NCBI GenBank assembly: GCA_964106915.2
Contig: OZ066924.1
Source of the DNA: Podarcis gaigeae
Lineage: Eukaryota
Reading direction: 5' to 3' (one strand)
DNA: 64,000 nt
Positions within the stretch are counted from its first letter, which is position 1. Every line of letters starts with the position of its first letter. Position numbers and translations under genes: made by a program. Below are positions 49,004 through 61,700 of the stretch, one piece after another. The notes beneath the pieces are model-generated. The model was not told where the DNA came from and made no database searches. It saw nothing but the letters and a program-made list of their open reading frames with translations.

Positions 49004-50219
49004 CGTATCATTTTTTCTGGGTACACAGTTAAAGGCACTTTTTCTAGATGAAAAGGACTGGTAAAATAAAATAATAATAATAATTTCATTATTGTTACCT
49101 CATGCCACGCTGGGTGGCTTCCAAAACATAATAAAATGTCAAACATTAAAAACCTTTAGATACAGGGTTGCCTGTAAAAATGCGCCGCTTACTGTGACAA
49201 CATCCTGCTGAGCACTGACACCTTTCCCACCCTCCCTAGAAGAATAGCACTGTGTATCCAACACCAATGAATGTGCAGCAAGTTAAGAATTGAGTGGATA
49301 ACATCATCAAGCCAATGGTCTGTATGCGCAACAGACAGACTCCCAAGGCAGCTTGCCCCAGCTATTGCGATAGCATTAATTTATGTTGCAAATACGTAGT
49401 TATGTGCTTGTATTTCAGTGTCAAATGCTATGTCCTGTATTGACACAGTCTTGTCATATACTCCAGGTCTCCTCTCTCTCTGCCAAGTTAAGGGTCCTCT
49501 CCAAATGCATGCGTTTGAAAGGGTGTGCGAAAGTCATGCATTTAAACTCTGGGTACCCAAGCGCAGGCTGATGTACAATTTTGTGTGTTTGTGTGTGTGT
49601 GCGTGAGTGCCCCTGTGACAAATTCCAGATGGGCCATCCTGTTAGGCTGCAATAGATTGTAAGGGATTGCTTTGGAGTCACTTCAGCAACAGATTAAAAA
49701 AAGAAGAAAAATCCCGCAACTGTCCTGCCCTGTACATATTTTGCCAGGAAAAAAGCAACGCGAAGGTCAGCTGCACTGCGCCTCCACGTGCCGACGCCCC
49801 CGCTGCTGCAGAGGCAAGAGAAAGAAGCGCCCGCCAAGGACTGGAAGAGGAGGAGGAGGCGGGAAATGCGGAGCCTGACGACCTTGACTCCCAGAGCCTC
49901 GTCGGCGCTGGCTGTAGCATAGCAGCCCAAGGGGGGGGGGCTGAGGGGGAAAGTTCCATCGCCCGCTGGGACCAGTTAAGCAGCAGGAGCCACATGGACT
50001 TGTGCGATGCGCGGCATAAAAAACCTCCCCAGGCTTCTATGTTAATGAGAACAACGCCGACCATTATTTCATTATTTGTACCCCGCCCCCCCCCCCCCAT
50101 GACTGGGTTGCTCCAGTCACTCTGGTCGGCTGCGCATATATATGCCTGTCTTCTCTTTAACTCAGCCCGTGTTTAAAAAAAAATAAACATGGTCCACATA
50201 TGAATTAAAGAGAAGACAT

Positions 50220-50249
50220 GATAGATAGATAGATAGATAGATAGATAGA
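50220..50249. repeat. (GATA)n microsatellite
   Basis: Seen directly. Confidence 0.95.
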
Positions 50250-50898
50250 CCATGTTAATTTTTTAAAAACACGGGCTGAATTAAAGAGAAGACAGGCGTC
50301 GTCTGTGAAGCCGCGCGAAAATAGGTTCGTCGAGGTGGCCTGAGGCGGAGTTTCTTCTACCTGAGCAAATAACGCGAAACAACCGGAGGAGAGAACAGAG
50401 CGCCTTCTCTTTTCCCCCCGCTCCTTTTTAATTAATTTATTTATTATTATTTGAGGGAGCCCTGCATTTATTATTTATTTATATGCATTTATTATTATTT
50501 ACTTGAGGGAGCCCTGCATACAGAACCGGGACGCGGGGTACGGGGGGCGCCAGGACTCCCTTCCCCTCGCGCTTCCGCGTGGGCAACTCAGGGAAGGAGA
50601 AGGCGGCGTGAGGAGAAAAACGGCAGTTGGGCTTGAGGGGGAGGGGAGGGGAGGGTAACTAACGGAGGCACACACGCGCGCGCGCAACACACACAGAGAG
50701 AGAAACTGGCCCCCGCGTATCGTCCACCCCCAGCAACACGCTCTTTCCATTCTGGGCCCGCCCCCCTTTTTCCATTGGTGCCCTTCGGGGCAGCCTTGGA
50801 GACAGACTAGCAGTTTGGGGGCTGTGCGATGTGACGCGGTGCGGCGGGGGGGGGGGTTGTTAGGAATACCCCTCCCGCCGCCATCCCGATGTCCTCAC

Positions 50899-50990
50899 CT
50901 GAGCCAGCCGCCGCTGCTTCTGCTGCCTCCGCCTCCTCCGCCGCTGTTATTGCTTTACTTCCTTCCCATTGAGAAAGGAGCAGGGGGCGC
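50899..50990 (-). other. PPIP5K2: PPIP5K2 non-coding exon 1 (5' end approximate)
   Basis: GC-rich GCGGAGGAGGCGG..GGCTCAG|gtgagg donor in the CpG island, just downstream of an SP/KLF box. Confidence 0.7.
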
Positions 50991-51241
50991 TGCAGCCGCG
51001 GCCACGCCCCCTCCGCCACCCTTGACCCCCTCAAGCCTCTTCCCCGCCTACGCTGCTTTGCCTCACAGTACACCTATTGTAGGCTCCGTAGAGAGATAAA
51101 GGACTAGACGGAGAAATTCATTGTCTAGAGAAAGAACTTCCGGGTTTCCTTGAATGCTATTTTCCTTTCCCACCCCCGCTGCGGGGCAAACGTGATACAT
51201 CCAGGGCTTTCAGCGCAGCTATGATTGGGTAGCAGAGCATC

Positions 51242-51243
<2 letters not shown>

Positions 51244-51278
<35 letters not shown>
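51244..51278. repeat. (CT)n microsatellite in the promoter region
   Basis: Seen directly. Confidence 0.95.
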
Positions 51279-51280
<2 letters not shown>

Positions 51281-52299
51281 CGCCCACCCCTTCCCTGCAG
51301 AAGCAAGAGAGGGAGCCCCCCCCCTTAAACCACGCACCTTAATGCTCGTGAACAAAAGCAACGTGTTGCAAATGACAAATGCAACTTACATTTTTATCCC
51401 CGTGCTGCAAGCTGAAGAGGATGGGGTTGGGAGAGAGCTGCTGACGAAAGCCCAGCAGAGTCGCCAGCCAGGTCTTTGCACTGCGCTGTCAATTGAGAAA
51501 GGAGTGTGGATTATATAGGTCACTATAATTACTCCCTACATCGCAGTTAAAAGGCGAACCTGACTCGCCCGCTAATCCTATAGTACAGACATTTACTTGG
51601 AAGTTAGTCCCAGGGTTTCCAACGGGGCTTGCTCCCTTGTAAGGGTGCTCCGTTGTCCATATGACTGATGAGTTTGCAACAACCTGCAACGTTCTCTGAG
51701 GTTGGTCTAGAATTGAGGGGGGGGGGGGCTTGAGAGAGGGCGCTTCGTAACAACTCTGACATGCAGCTAAGTGCTTAATGTGTCCTTCGAAGTATATATT
51801 GTTGCCAACATTTTGTATACCAGGGCTCCTAAGCAGCTCGCTGAAAGGCTGCAGTGGACTTGTTCTCTTGCTCTCCCCACCCCACCCCCGTCACTGTCCG
51901 TTGTGGAGCTATTCTGAATTTCTATAATAATAATAATAATACCAACAACAACAACTCCATACAAAACACACCTCAGGTTGCAGAAATCTCATTTCTAGTT
52001 AAAGTTCCCACATCGCCGCCAGAACCCGCCCAGCGCTCAGCTCGACGCAGACGTTCTGCGTTTTCATACCAACGCGCTGCTTCTCCACCTCTTTTTCATC
52101 AACATAAAGTAGACATTCCTAGTAGAACAATAAGTTAGGCGGATGTAGTACTCTTCTTTTCCTATCTCTATGGTGCCCGCACGCTTTTCTCCCTTCCTCT
52201 GTCGTCACTTCCGTGAGCGCCACATAGGTCTCTATGTGATCCGGTGCCTCCTTTTGTGCCGCGAAAGGGAAGAATAATTTGAGAGAAGCTCTAGCCCTC

Positions 52300-52404
52300 C
52301 CGTTGGGCGGGAGCAATTTCACTGGGGGGGGGGGAGGGGGCGCGGCAGCGGCGGTGGTGACGGAGAGGCGTTGGTTCCCAACGAAGAGTGGCTTGCTATT
52401 ACCG
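52300..52404 (+). other. GIN1: GIN1 non-coding exon 1 (5' end approximate)
   Basis: CCG|gtgagg donor at 52405 in the CpG island; the next exon starts 2 nt before the ATG. Confidence 0.6.
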
Positions 52405-53259
52405 GTGAGGCCGTGAGAGGTGCTGTGCGCATGCGCTGAGAAGGGGACCCTGGCCAAGGAATAGCAGGAAGAGGCCAGAATGCTTCTGCCTTGACAGTTT
52501 CTTTTATTCGCGGACCGGATTTCCTGGTTGCTGCTGGTGGTGGTTGTATTTTTCCCCTTAACGCCCTGACACACTGTAATTCGGGTAGTGAAAGGGATAG
52601 CTGCTCATCTGGGGGGATAGCAGCCTGGATTGTTTCTTCTTCTTCTTTTCTTTTAATAATAATTCGGTTGCATCGTGTTGCAGCCTGCCCAGAGCAAACT
52701 AGGATAGGAGTTGGAAAATATATAGAAATATATATTTTGCTTTCACCATTTGAGTTTTTAGGATTTCCCTGCTGTAGCAGGGTGGAAAAATGGACTGTCT
52801 AATATAGTTTTTTCCATAGTGCTGATGGACAAACTAAGTTATTTTAACGGGAATTGGGGGCAGAGGTTGGAATTGGAAATATTTTCGATGTTGGAAATCT
52901 TTTCTTCCCATTGCTGTGCCCCTCATAATCATACTTCCCATACTCCCCACATAATCATACTTCAGGATTTTTTGTCTGCCTTTTTTATCAGAAAAAGAAA
53001 AAAATCCATCTCCCTTTCTCTTTACCTCTTGGGACTTTCCCTTACCATCCTCTAAAATTACACCTGCAATCCAGGCAATGAATTTCGACTGAGTGGCTGC
53101 ATCTTGTGCTTTCAGATGATAGCTCAATGGCCAACCATTTAGCATGTTTTCTTAAACACAAAAACAAAAGCGCAACACCATATTATTTTGGTGTGTTCTA
53201 TCAGTATTGCAAAGCCTCTGACAGCACACTTGAGCTGAAATTACATGCACGCTTGAGAA

Positions 53260-53915
53260 CATGACACACCTTGCTGAATCAGACCAAAGGTGCACCTCAT
53301 CCAGTATTCTTCTTCCCACAGCAGCCAACAACATGCTTATAGGAAGCCTTCAAGCAGAACATAAGCACAATAATATTTTTCTGCTTTTATTCACCACTGA
53401 CCAATATTCAATCTCATGCTGCCTCTGAGCCTACAAATAGTACATAGCCATCACGGCTTGTAGCTATTAATAGACAATTCATGGAGAATAAGCCTAATCC
53501 TCTTTTAAAGCAGTGTAAATTGGAGGTCATCACCACATCTTGTGGTAGAAAATAGTTTATCAATGTGTTGCGTGAATAAGTACTTTTTAATGAATCTTCT
53601 GTCATTCACCTTCATTGATTGATCCCAGGTTCTAATATTATGAGAGAGGGAGAAAAACATCTGTATATCCACACCATGCATAATTTTTCAGCTTTCCCCC
53701 TAAACTAAAAAGCTCCAAATGCAACCTTTCTTCATAGGGAAGTTCTTCCAACCCCTTCATAATTTCTGCTGTCTTTCTTTCTTTCTGCACCATTCCCAGC
53801 ACTACAGTATCTTTTTCTGCACACTTTACATTGGTGTAAAGGCATTACAAAACTGGCAGGTTTTTTTTTAACCCCTTTCCTAATAATTCCTAACAGGAAT
53901 TCCCTATTTTTTTCA
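53260..53915 (-). mobile_element. Degraded CR1 LINE 3' fragment
   Basis: gtagctattaatagac..ctaatcctcttttaaag..catcaccacatcttgtgg..tttccccctaaactaaaaagc; CR1-like RT C-terminus remnants. Confidence 0.7.
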
Positions 53916-55618
53916 CAGCTTGTTTGTGACAATTCTGTCGGCCACATACCACTTTCTCTCTGCCTTGAAAATTGCAGCTTTGTATTTTTGTGGTCTGGCA
54001 AGCAGCTGTTGCTCAGTCTGCGCCTGGAAACCCTGGTTTGGGTGTCAGATTTCAGATAAATAGAACCCCCCCCCCCAGGTTTAAGATTTCAATAACTCAC
54101 TCTTCCTTCATTCCCCTCTTTCTTAGCTCTCTGAATGTCACAGCTGCTACCACTTCCCCCCATTACTAGGCAGCTGCTCTTGGTTTGCTCTTTGTCTAAC
54201 CATGATTCTCTAACTCTTCCTCCCATATTTGCAAATTTCCTCTTATTTTACTTCATCAGTAAAGCATCCTTTTCCTGAAAAAGTTCCATCTTCATCCCTA
54301 TTTCCCTGTCCCAGCTACTTTAGACACTCATTACTTAGACCAGGGATGGAGGACCTGTGGCCTTCAAGATCTTGATAAACTTCAGCTCCCATTGTCTCCA
54401 ACCATTGACCATGCTTGGACATCTCTACCAGAGTGATAGCAGCCTGATTCTAGCAGTATAGAGCCACACCTCAGAGAGAAGTTAATCTTTTCACACTAGT
54501 AATTTGTATTTCAGAATACCTTATATCCAGAACATGGTGAAGTAGGTTTCTGATGTATGTAGCAGTGTGTCCAAAGCAAAAGTAATAGTATCTTCCTCCC
54601 ACTATTAAAAGACAGGCTACTCAGTTACAGATATCCACCATCCTGTCTGATTTGTCCCTGAGTTTTAGATACACCAGTTTGCAGCCTTAAGCTGCAATTC
54701 CACTCATACAATAAGCCTTTGAATTCAGCTGATTGAACTTTGGAATATATACGCACAGGGTAGTTTGAAAGTCTGCCATTTGGGAGGGTAGGTTGAAGGC
54801 TGCAGTTACAGTATGTAAAGTGCTATTGGTGGATTGCTTTGATTATATTTGCTTTCCCATATAAAGCAGCTGTTGCTGAATTTAGTGTTTGCTTTTCCTG
54901 TCCAATTGAAATAGGCTCAATTTTAGCTCATATAAGTTCTCTCCCATTATTTATTAATAGTGCTGCAGCTGTTCCCTCATTGCTGTCTTTAAAAAACTGT
55001 TATGCTAAGAGCTAAAACATAAATTAACAAACTGGATTATAAAATGAGATTTAATATGTTACATGTAAAATGTGATGCGTATAGTATGGATATTTCAAAT
55101 AGTGTGTGAAGTGCTATTACTGTAAAAATAGTACGTGTGAAACAGAAAATAAGAAAAGCAGAATTAAAATTAACCAATTATCACCTTTCATATAAATCCC
55201 AAAGAAGTTTCAGAAATGGGGCAGGTACAGGAAATTGAGTCTATTTAAAATCTTCTTCTTAGCCACTGATATTGATTCTAGGCCATATAACATAGTGGTA
55301 GTTTGCATTATATGTATTTACTTCATTTTAGTTATGAACCCCCTCCCTAAGTTTTTAATTGCCAAAGGTTCTTTACAAATATTGGAGTAAGATCTATTCT
55401 ATTAATATCTATCCTGTTAATTTGTATACAGGAAGTTGAAGGGTTTGCAAGTAGAGAAACCTTAATTAGTGGGGAACGCAACCAAGAACAATAAAATTAA
55501 CTATTCACTAAACCCCCAACCCACCCACCCCCACTTTCTAGTTGCCTAGGGGCTTTTTGAAAAAACCCAAAGATGACCAGGCAAGTGACTTTTTGTATTT
55601 GTTTCACTTTAAACAGCA

Positions 55619-55757
55619 ATGGTCCGTAATGGCAAAAATGGTGGACTCCATCTGAAACAGATCTCTTACTACAAACAAACAGGTGGATATCATCCCACAA
55701 CATTAGCAAGTGAAAGGAGCGGAATAAGAAGAGCAGCTAAAAAGTTTGTTTTCAGAG
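55619..55757 (+). CDS. GIN1: GIN1 coding exon 1 (139 nt)
   Basis: MVRNGKNGGLHLKQISYYKQTGGYHPTTLASERSGIRRAAKKFVFR; acceptor at 55616, donor gtaaat. Confidence 0.95.
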
Positions 55758-58700
55758 GTAAATATAATATAATGGTCTTGGGAGTTCAGTGTGCTCTGTG
55801 CCGTGACACTATATCCGTGAAGGCTGAGACCAAACAATATTGTGCTGGGTTGTTGCTTATCAAATGTAAAGTGGGATTTGCATCATCATACATAAAAAGA
55901 ACATAATGAACATGATTTTCTTCTAAGAAATCTAAATACTGTACACAATATTATATAAATCAGGAATGTTACATATTTATGTTTATGCCATTCTTCATGT
56001 ATAATTTGAAATTTTGAGTCACGAGTCTGGTGTTACCAAGAATAAAATCTGGAGGGTTGCAGGTTGCCCACCCAGGTCTTCTGAGGAATGGAGGGTGTTC
56101 CATTTTGGCAAGATCTTGGAAATCTCCAGGGAAACTTGCTTGGTGCCTGCTTTGCTGACACTTCAGCAACAACCTTTTTTATTTCCTTAGCCATTTGAAC
56201 TTTTTAAGTTACCCAGGACAGTTTTTATGTCTGCTGTGTTCCTTTTCAATTTCTGGTGCAGTTCCATTTGCCACTGCTTCATCTGTTTTGTCTTTATTTT
56301 ATTAATGGGATAGTACTTTATTCTTCTTTTAAGCTGCCCTGGGAACACAATAGGATTGAATGTGGGGGATATAAATTTAGCAAATAAAATAAATGGTAGC
56401 TCATGTCTGCCTGTTTTGAAATACAATTCCCTGTCATGCTAAATTTACATTTGCATTCTCGGCAAACAAAAGCTGCTATTTTCTAAAAATTTACCCATGC
56501 AAAATCCCTCAAAAATAATCTTGCTGCCCACATTAACCACCTACTTTAAATCTCTCTTTCAGAACAGGATTGTCTGTTTTGAGCAGGTGTGCTAAGAAGT
56601 AGTTATGAATAAAATTTGAACCAATATACAATAAATGGTATGAAATTACACAATTTATCTGAATGCTTTCTTTTAGATAACAATCTGTTCTATGTGGGAA
56701 AAGACAAGAGGCAAATGCGCCTGGTGATTCTTTCTGATGAAGAGAAAAGGAAAGTGTTAGAAAAGTGCCATGAAAATCATGCAGGTGCACATCATGGCAT
56801 ATCAAGGACACTGACCCTGGTGGAATCTCAATATTATTGGACATCAGTAACCAGCGATGTAAAACAGTGGGTATGGGTCACATTGTGTTTGTGTGTGTGT
56901 GTCCTCCTTGCATGATATGGCACTCATGGGATGTGGGTGGCGCTGTGGTTTAAACCACTGAGCCTCTTGGGCTTGCTGATCAGAAGGTCGGTGATTTGGA
57001 TCCCCGTGATGGGCTAAGCTCCCACTGCTCTGTCCCAGTTCCTGCCAACCTAGCAGTTTGAAAGCATGCCAGTGCAAGTAGATAAATAGGTACCGCTGTG
57101 GCGGGAAGGTAAACAGTGTTTCTGTGCGCTCTGACTTCCATCACGGTGTTCCATTGCACCAGAAGCGGTTTAGTCATGCTGGCCACATGACCCGGAAAGC
57201 TGTCTGTGGGCAAATGCCGGCTCCCTCGTCCTGAAAGCAAGATGAGTGCCGCAACCCCATAATTGCCTTTGTCTGGACATTTTCCTCAGTTTGTTCTACT
57301 TAAAACTGGTGGTTCAAGATGCAGAGAAAGACCTGATCCTAAAAGTGCATTAGCAAGAAAAGGTTGGAATGTGTGGTTCTGGGGTATTCTTAATTTATTT
57401 TGTGTGGCTTTACTTATTCTAAATCTTCATAAGACATCAGAATATCAATAGCAATAGAAAGTTCCACCCTTGGACTGTTATCTAATCAACAGGTGCTTGT
57501 GTTGCATTCTGAGATAATATTGCCAATGCTGTTAAATGTGTATTAATGTAATACCTATTGGCTGCAACACCAAACACTGAAGTAAGTTGGTAACATGTGG
57601 CACCCTGTCATTTGTTTCATATACGAATCGCTTCCCATAAAGAATCTCGAAGTGATTTAATAGTAAGCACATATTTAAAACTGAATCCAAGTCTGAAACA
57701 TTTCCAGACTGGGATAAAAATCTCCACTTATGAAAAGCTGCTTGGAAAAGGAAGGCCTTCAGTGGACACCCCCAAAAGATAATAGGGACTGTGGGAGTGA
57801 GTTCCGAAGGGTAAGTGCTGCCACTCTAAAGGCCCAATTCCAACATTATACAGAATGGACTTCCTGATGAGAAAGGCTCCGCAGGAGGCTGCATCCTGTA
57901 GAGTACAGTGATAAGAGGCAAGACGACCTTTGGGTATTCTAATCCCATGCTTTATAGGGATCAGGATGCCAGTCCCAGAATCTTGAATTTAGCTGATTGG
58001 CAGCCAGTGCAATTCTTTCAGCAGCAGCGTCATCTGATGATGATGCTTTATACCAGTGAGCAGTTAAACTGTTGAGTTTTGCACTAGCTGCAGGTTCTGG
58101 ACCAGATTCAGGGACAGCCTGACACAGAGCATATTGCAGTGATCATATTTGGAGATTCTCAGTGCATTACGACACTGATCATGCTATACTGGTTCAGAAA
58201 CTACTGTAGCTGTTTAATCAGCTGAAACAAGTAAAAGTACTAGTAGCCACTGAAGTCACCTAGGCTTCTAACAACAGATTGATCCAGGAGCACCCCCAGA
58301 ATACAAAACTGGCAGTGTGAATAGAACAATGCAGCAAAATAAATTGCAAGTTGAGTTGCCTGCATTATTTTTGTATCTGAGTAGATGGGGCTCTGTTATG
58401 GTATTTGTAGTTATAAGTATCAAAACATGTTTTATGATAGTTTCAACCCAAGGCAATGTATCATGGTTATTCTGTCTTAAACCTATTGTTAGAATAATAG
58501 GAGATACTTGAATAACTTATTACAAAAACATTATTAATGCAAATGGATGGACTATTAACACCCATTTTCATGACTTTTCTCCCAGGTGTACGCTTGCGAA
58601 CATTGCCAGGTAGCAAAGAATACAGCTGCTGTAGCGTCTAAATTCCATTCTATTAAGGCAGAAGACCCGTGGACTGTAGTTACTCTAGAGCTAATGGGAC

Positions 58701-61700
58701 CTTTTGATGCCACCAGCCGGAACAATGTGTATGTCATCCTCCTAACAGATGTCTTCACTAAGTGGGTTGTGGTTTTGCCCCTGCATGACCTTTCAGCAGC
58801 TGAAGTGGCTAAGGCAGTTGTCAGCGCATCGTTCTGTTATGGACCACCTCAGAAAATAACTATAGATCAGGAAGAAGAGTTTGTTCATCAGGTAAGAGGA
58901 GCGAACTTTGCTGTGGAAAGTGTGCTTGATAACTTCCAGTTGAGCTTATTCTTTGGTTCATGTATGTTAAATGTCTAAATTTGAACAAATTGCAATATTG
59001 TATCTCAAAGAGAAATTAAGCTTAAACATTTCAGTACCTTTACAGTGTAACTGTGCCACTATTTCAAAGCACAGTTTTCAGTTACCAAGTGAAATAAAAA
59101 CAATGTGGAGGTTTAAAATGATTTGTCTTATTCTTAAAGATCAACAGGGAGCTGTTTGAACACTTTGGGACAAAGGAATTAATAATGCCATACCCTCAAG
59201 CTGATCATGAAAATGAAGCTGTCAAGACAATCAGATCTTTCCTTCTCAAATACTGCACAGAGCACACCAAAGACTGGGATGACCATTTGCAAGCTATTTC
59301 ATATGCGTTCAACTTGATTGATTCAGTACGTATGGAGAACATTTGTACCTTTTGTGTGAACTGGGGCTGAATGTTCTTTAGTAGCACAGTGTCAAATATA
59401 ACCACATTTCCTTTTTTCTTCCTTCCTTTTTTTAAATAGGAAACTAGCAACAACACGCCCTATTTCCAAATGTTTAAACGAAATCCTTATATACCTTCAA
59501 CATTAAGTGTGATTCAAGAAGGGGAGAGTGACTGCATGTTTGTGAGAATCTTATCTGCTATTAGACAAGCAGAGAAAGCAGTACAGGAAAGGACAATTTC
59601 AAGTTGCCAGGTAAATCTGCCCCCTCCCTTTCTCAGGAAAAAAATATTCAATGTTCAGTGAATACAGTAATTCAGAGAAATAAAATGTGTGAATGATTTT
59701 AATTCAGCACATTTAATGAATGTCTTTCATTCACTATTATTTCCAGCTGTTTGAGCTAGAAATAAAGGTTAAAAATGCTGCCCTAAATCATGCACAAATG
59801 TGTCTGAATAAGGCTCATTCAAATCTTCAAACTGTACAGATTAAGTTAAGGCCTATTCCTCTGTGGTCTAGGGAGTGGAGCTGTCTGACATCACACTGAA
59901 TTCCCTTCTTATGAAGGACAAATACAGACAGGAACTTATTAGATATAAGAAAGAAAGCAAGACCCAGATATCATTTAGAAAAGTAATAAATATCAGCCAT
60001 ACCTTTCAGACATTTGTAGCTTACAGTTTCACAAAACTAATAAGGTAGGCTAATAGAAAACTTCATTATGAGTTTACAGTGGTGCCCCGCAAGACGAATG
60101 CCTCGCTAAACGAAAAACCCGCAAGATGAAAGGGTTTTCCGATTTTTTAGCGGCTTCGCAAAATGAATTTCCCTATGGGCTTGCTTCGCAAGACGAAAGC
60201 CCATAGGGAAATCTCCGGAGACAGCGGGGAAGCGCAGCGCGCCTTCTCCTCTGTTCCCGGACCTGTCCTAAGGCTTGCGGTGGGAGGTCCGGGAACAGAG
60301 GACAAGGCGCGCAGCGCTTCTCCTCTGTTCCCGGGGCTTGCGGTGGGAGGAGGGTTTTTCCTCCCCACCGCCAACGTTCAGAACAGCATTCTGAATGTTG
60401 GCGGTGGGGAGGAAAGCCCTCCTCCCACCGCAAGCCTTCAGGACAGGTCCGGGAACAGAGGGGAAGGTGCGCAGCGCTTCTCCTCTGTTCCCGGACCTGT
60501 CTTGAAGACTTGCGGTGGGAGGAAGGTTTTCCTCCCCAGCGCCAACATTCAGAAGGCTGTTCTGAAGGCTGGCGGTGGGAAGAAAAGCCCTTCTCCCCCG
60601 CCAGCCTTCAGAAGAGTTCCTGCCTAGGCTGCGGATAGCAGCCTGCTGCCCCGCACGAGGGGCGCTCTTAAGCAGAGCGCCCCTCTCGCGGGGCAGACAT
60701 TCGCCGCTTGGGGAGCCCTCTGGACCTCTTCTGAAGGCGGGTGAGGGGCAAAAGTCTTTGTCCCCCCTGCCTGCCTTCCCGGGGGCTTTTAAATCGCCCC
60801 GGGACAGCGGAGAATTCATCCGCTGTCCCGGGGCGATTTTAAAATGCTGGCGGGCGGCAGCGCTGCCGCCCGCCAGCATTTTAAGATCGCCCCGGACAGC
60901 GGAGAAGTCCTCCGCTGTCCCGGGGTTTTTAAAATGCTGGCGGGCGGCAGCGAAGGCTTCGCTGCCGCCCGCCAGCATTTTAAAATCGCCCCGGGACAGC
61001 GGAGAAGTCTCCGCTGTCCCGGGGGCTTTTAAAATGCTGGGGGACGGCAGCGAACCGTTCGCTGCCGCCTGCCAGCATTTTAAGATCGCCCCGGGACAGC
61101 GGAGAAGTCTCCGCTGTCCCGGGGGCTTTTAAAATGCTGGGGGACGGCTGCGAACCCTTCGCTGCCGCCTGCCAGCATTTTAAGATCGCCCCGGGACAGC
61201 GGAGAAGTCTCCGCTGTCCCGGGAAGGCAGGCGGGGGGAAGCAAAGACTCCCCCCCCCCCCGCCGGCCTTCAGAAGAGGTCGGGGGACAGACTGTCCCCG
61301 GACCTGGTCTGAAGGCGGTTTCCATAGGAACGCATTGATTGATTTTCAATGCATTCCTATGGGAAACCGTGCTTCGCAAGACGAAAAACTCGCAAGACGA
61401 AAAAACTTGCGGAACGAATTAATTTCGTCTTGCGAGGCACCACTGTATATGGATATGTGTATACACTGGAGCACACAGAAAACCATATGCTCATTTTCTG
61501 ATTTCCACACATCTTGCAGACTCAGTCTGGCTTGCACAGATCAGATGCACTTGGGAAAACACACACATCTGTCTCTGAGTTGTACATCCTTAAAACAAAA
61601 GTTCTAACTAATAGGTTCATTTTCTACTTAGAATATGAAGAAAATGCCTGTGGAACAGCAGAGTGGGAACATGAGCCAAGTCAGGAAGAAATCAAAGCAA

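Larger units (their letters stand above)
49760..52520. promoter_or_regulatory. CpG island / divergent PPIP5K2-GIN1 promoter region
   Basis: High GC and CpG density against AT-rich flanks. Motifs: GGCCACGCCCC (SP/KLF, 51000-51010), ACTTCCGG (ETS, ~51136), CACTTCCG (~52207), TGCGCATGCGC (NRF1, 52426-52436). First-exon donors face outward on both strands. Confidence 0.85.

Noticed and set aside
49667-52574. ORFs of 60-169 aa in the CpG island
   Set aside because: Low-complexity Ala/Pro/Arg/Gly frames expected from high GC; many start at non-ATG codons; no recognisable domain
60780-61223. CRISPR-like regular palindromic array
   Set aside because: No unique spacers, no cas genes, and it lies in a eukaryotic intron inside a TIR element
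60147-61607. Long overlapping ORFs (up to 236 aa) on both strands
   Set aside because: Artefacts of the GC-rich palindromic repeats in the MITE; no transposase motifs
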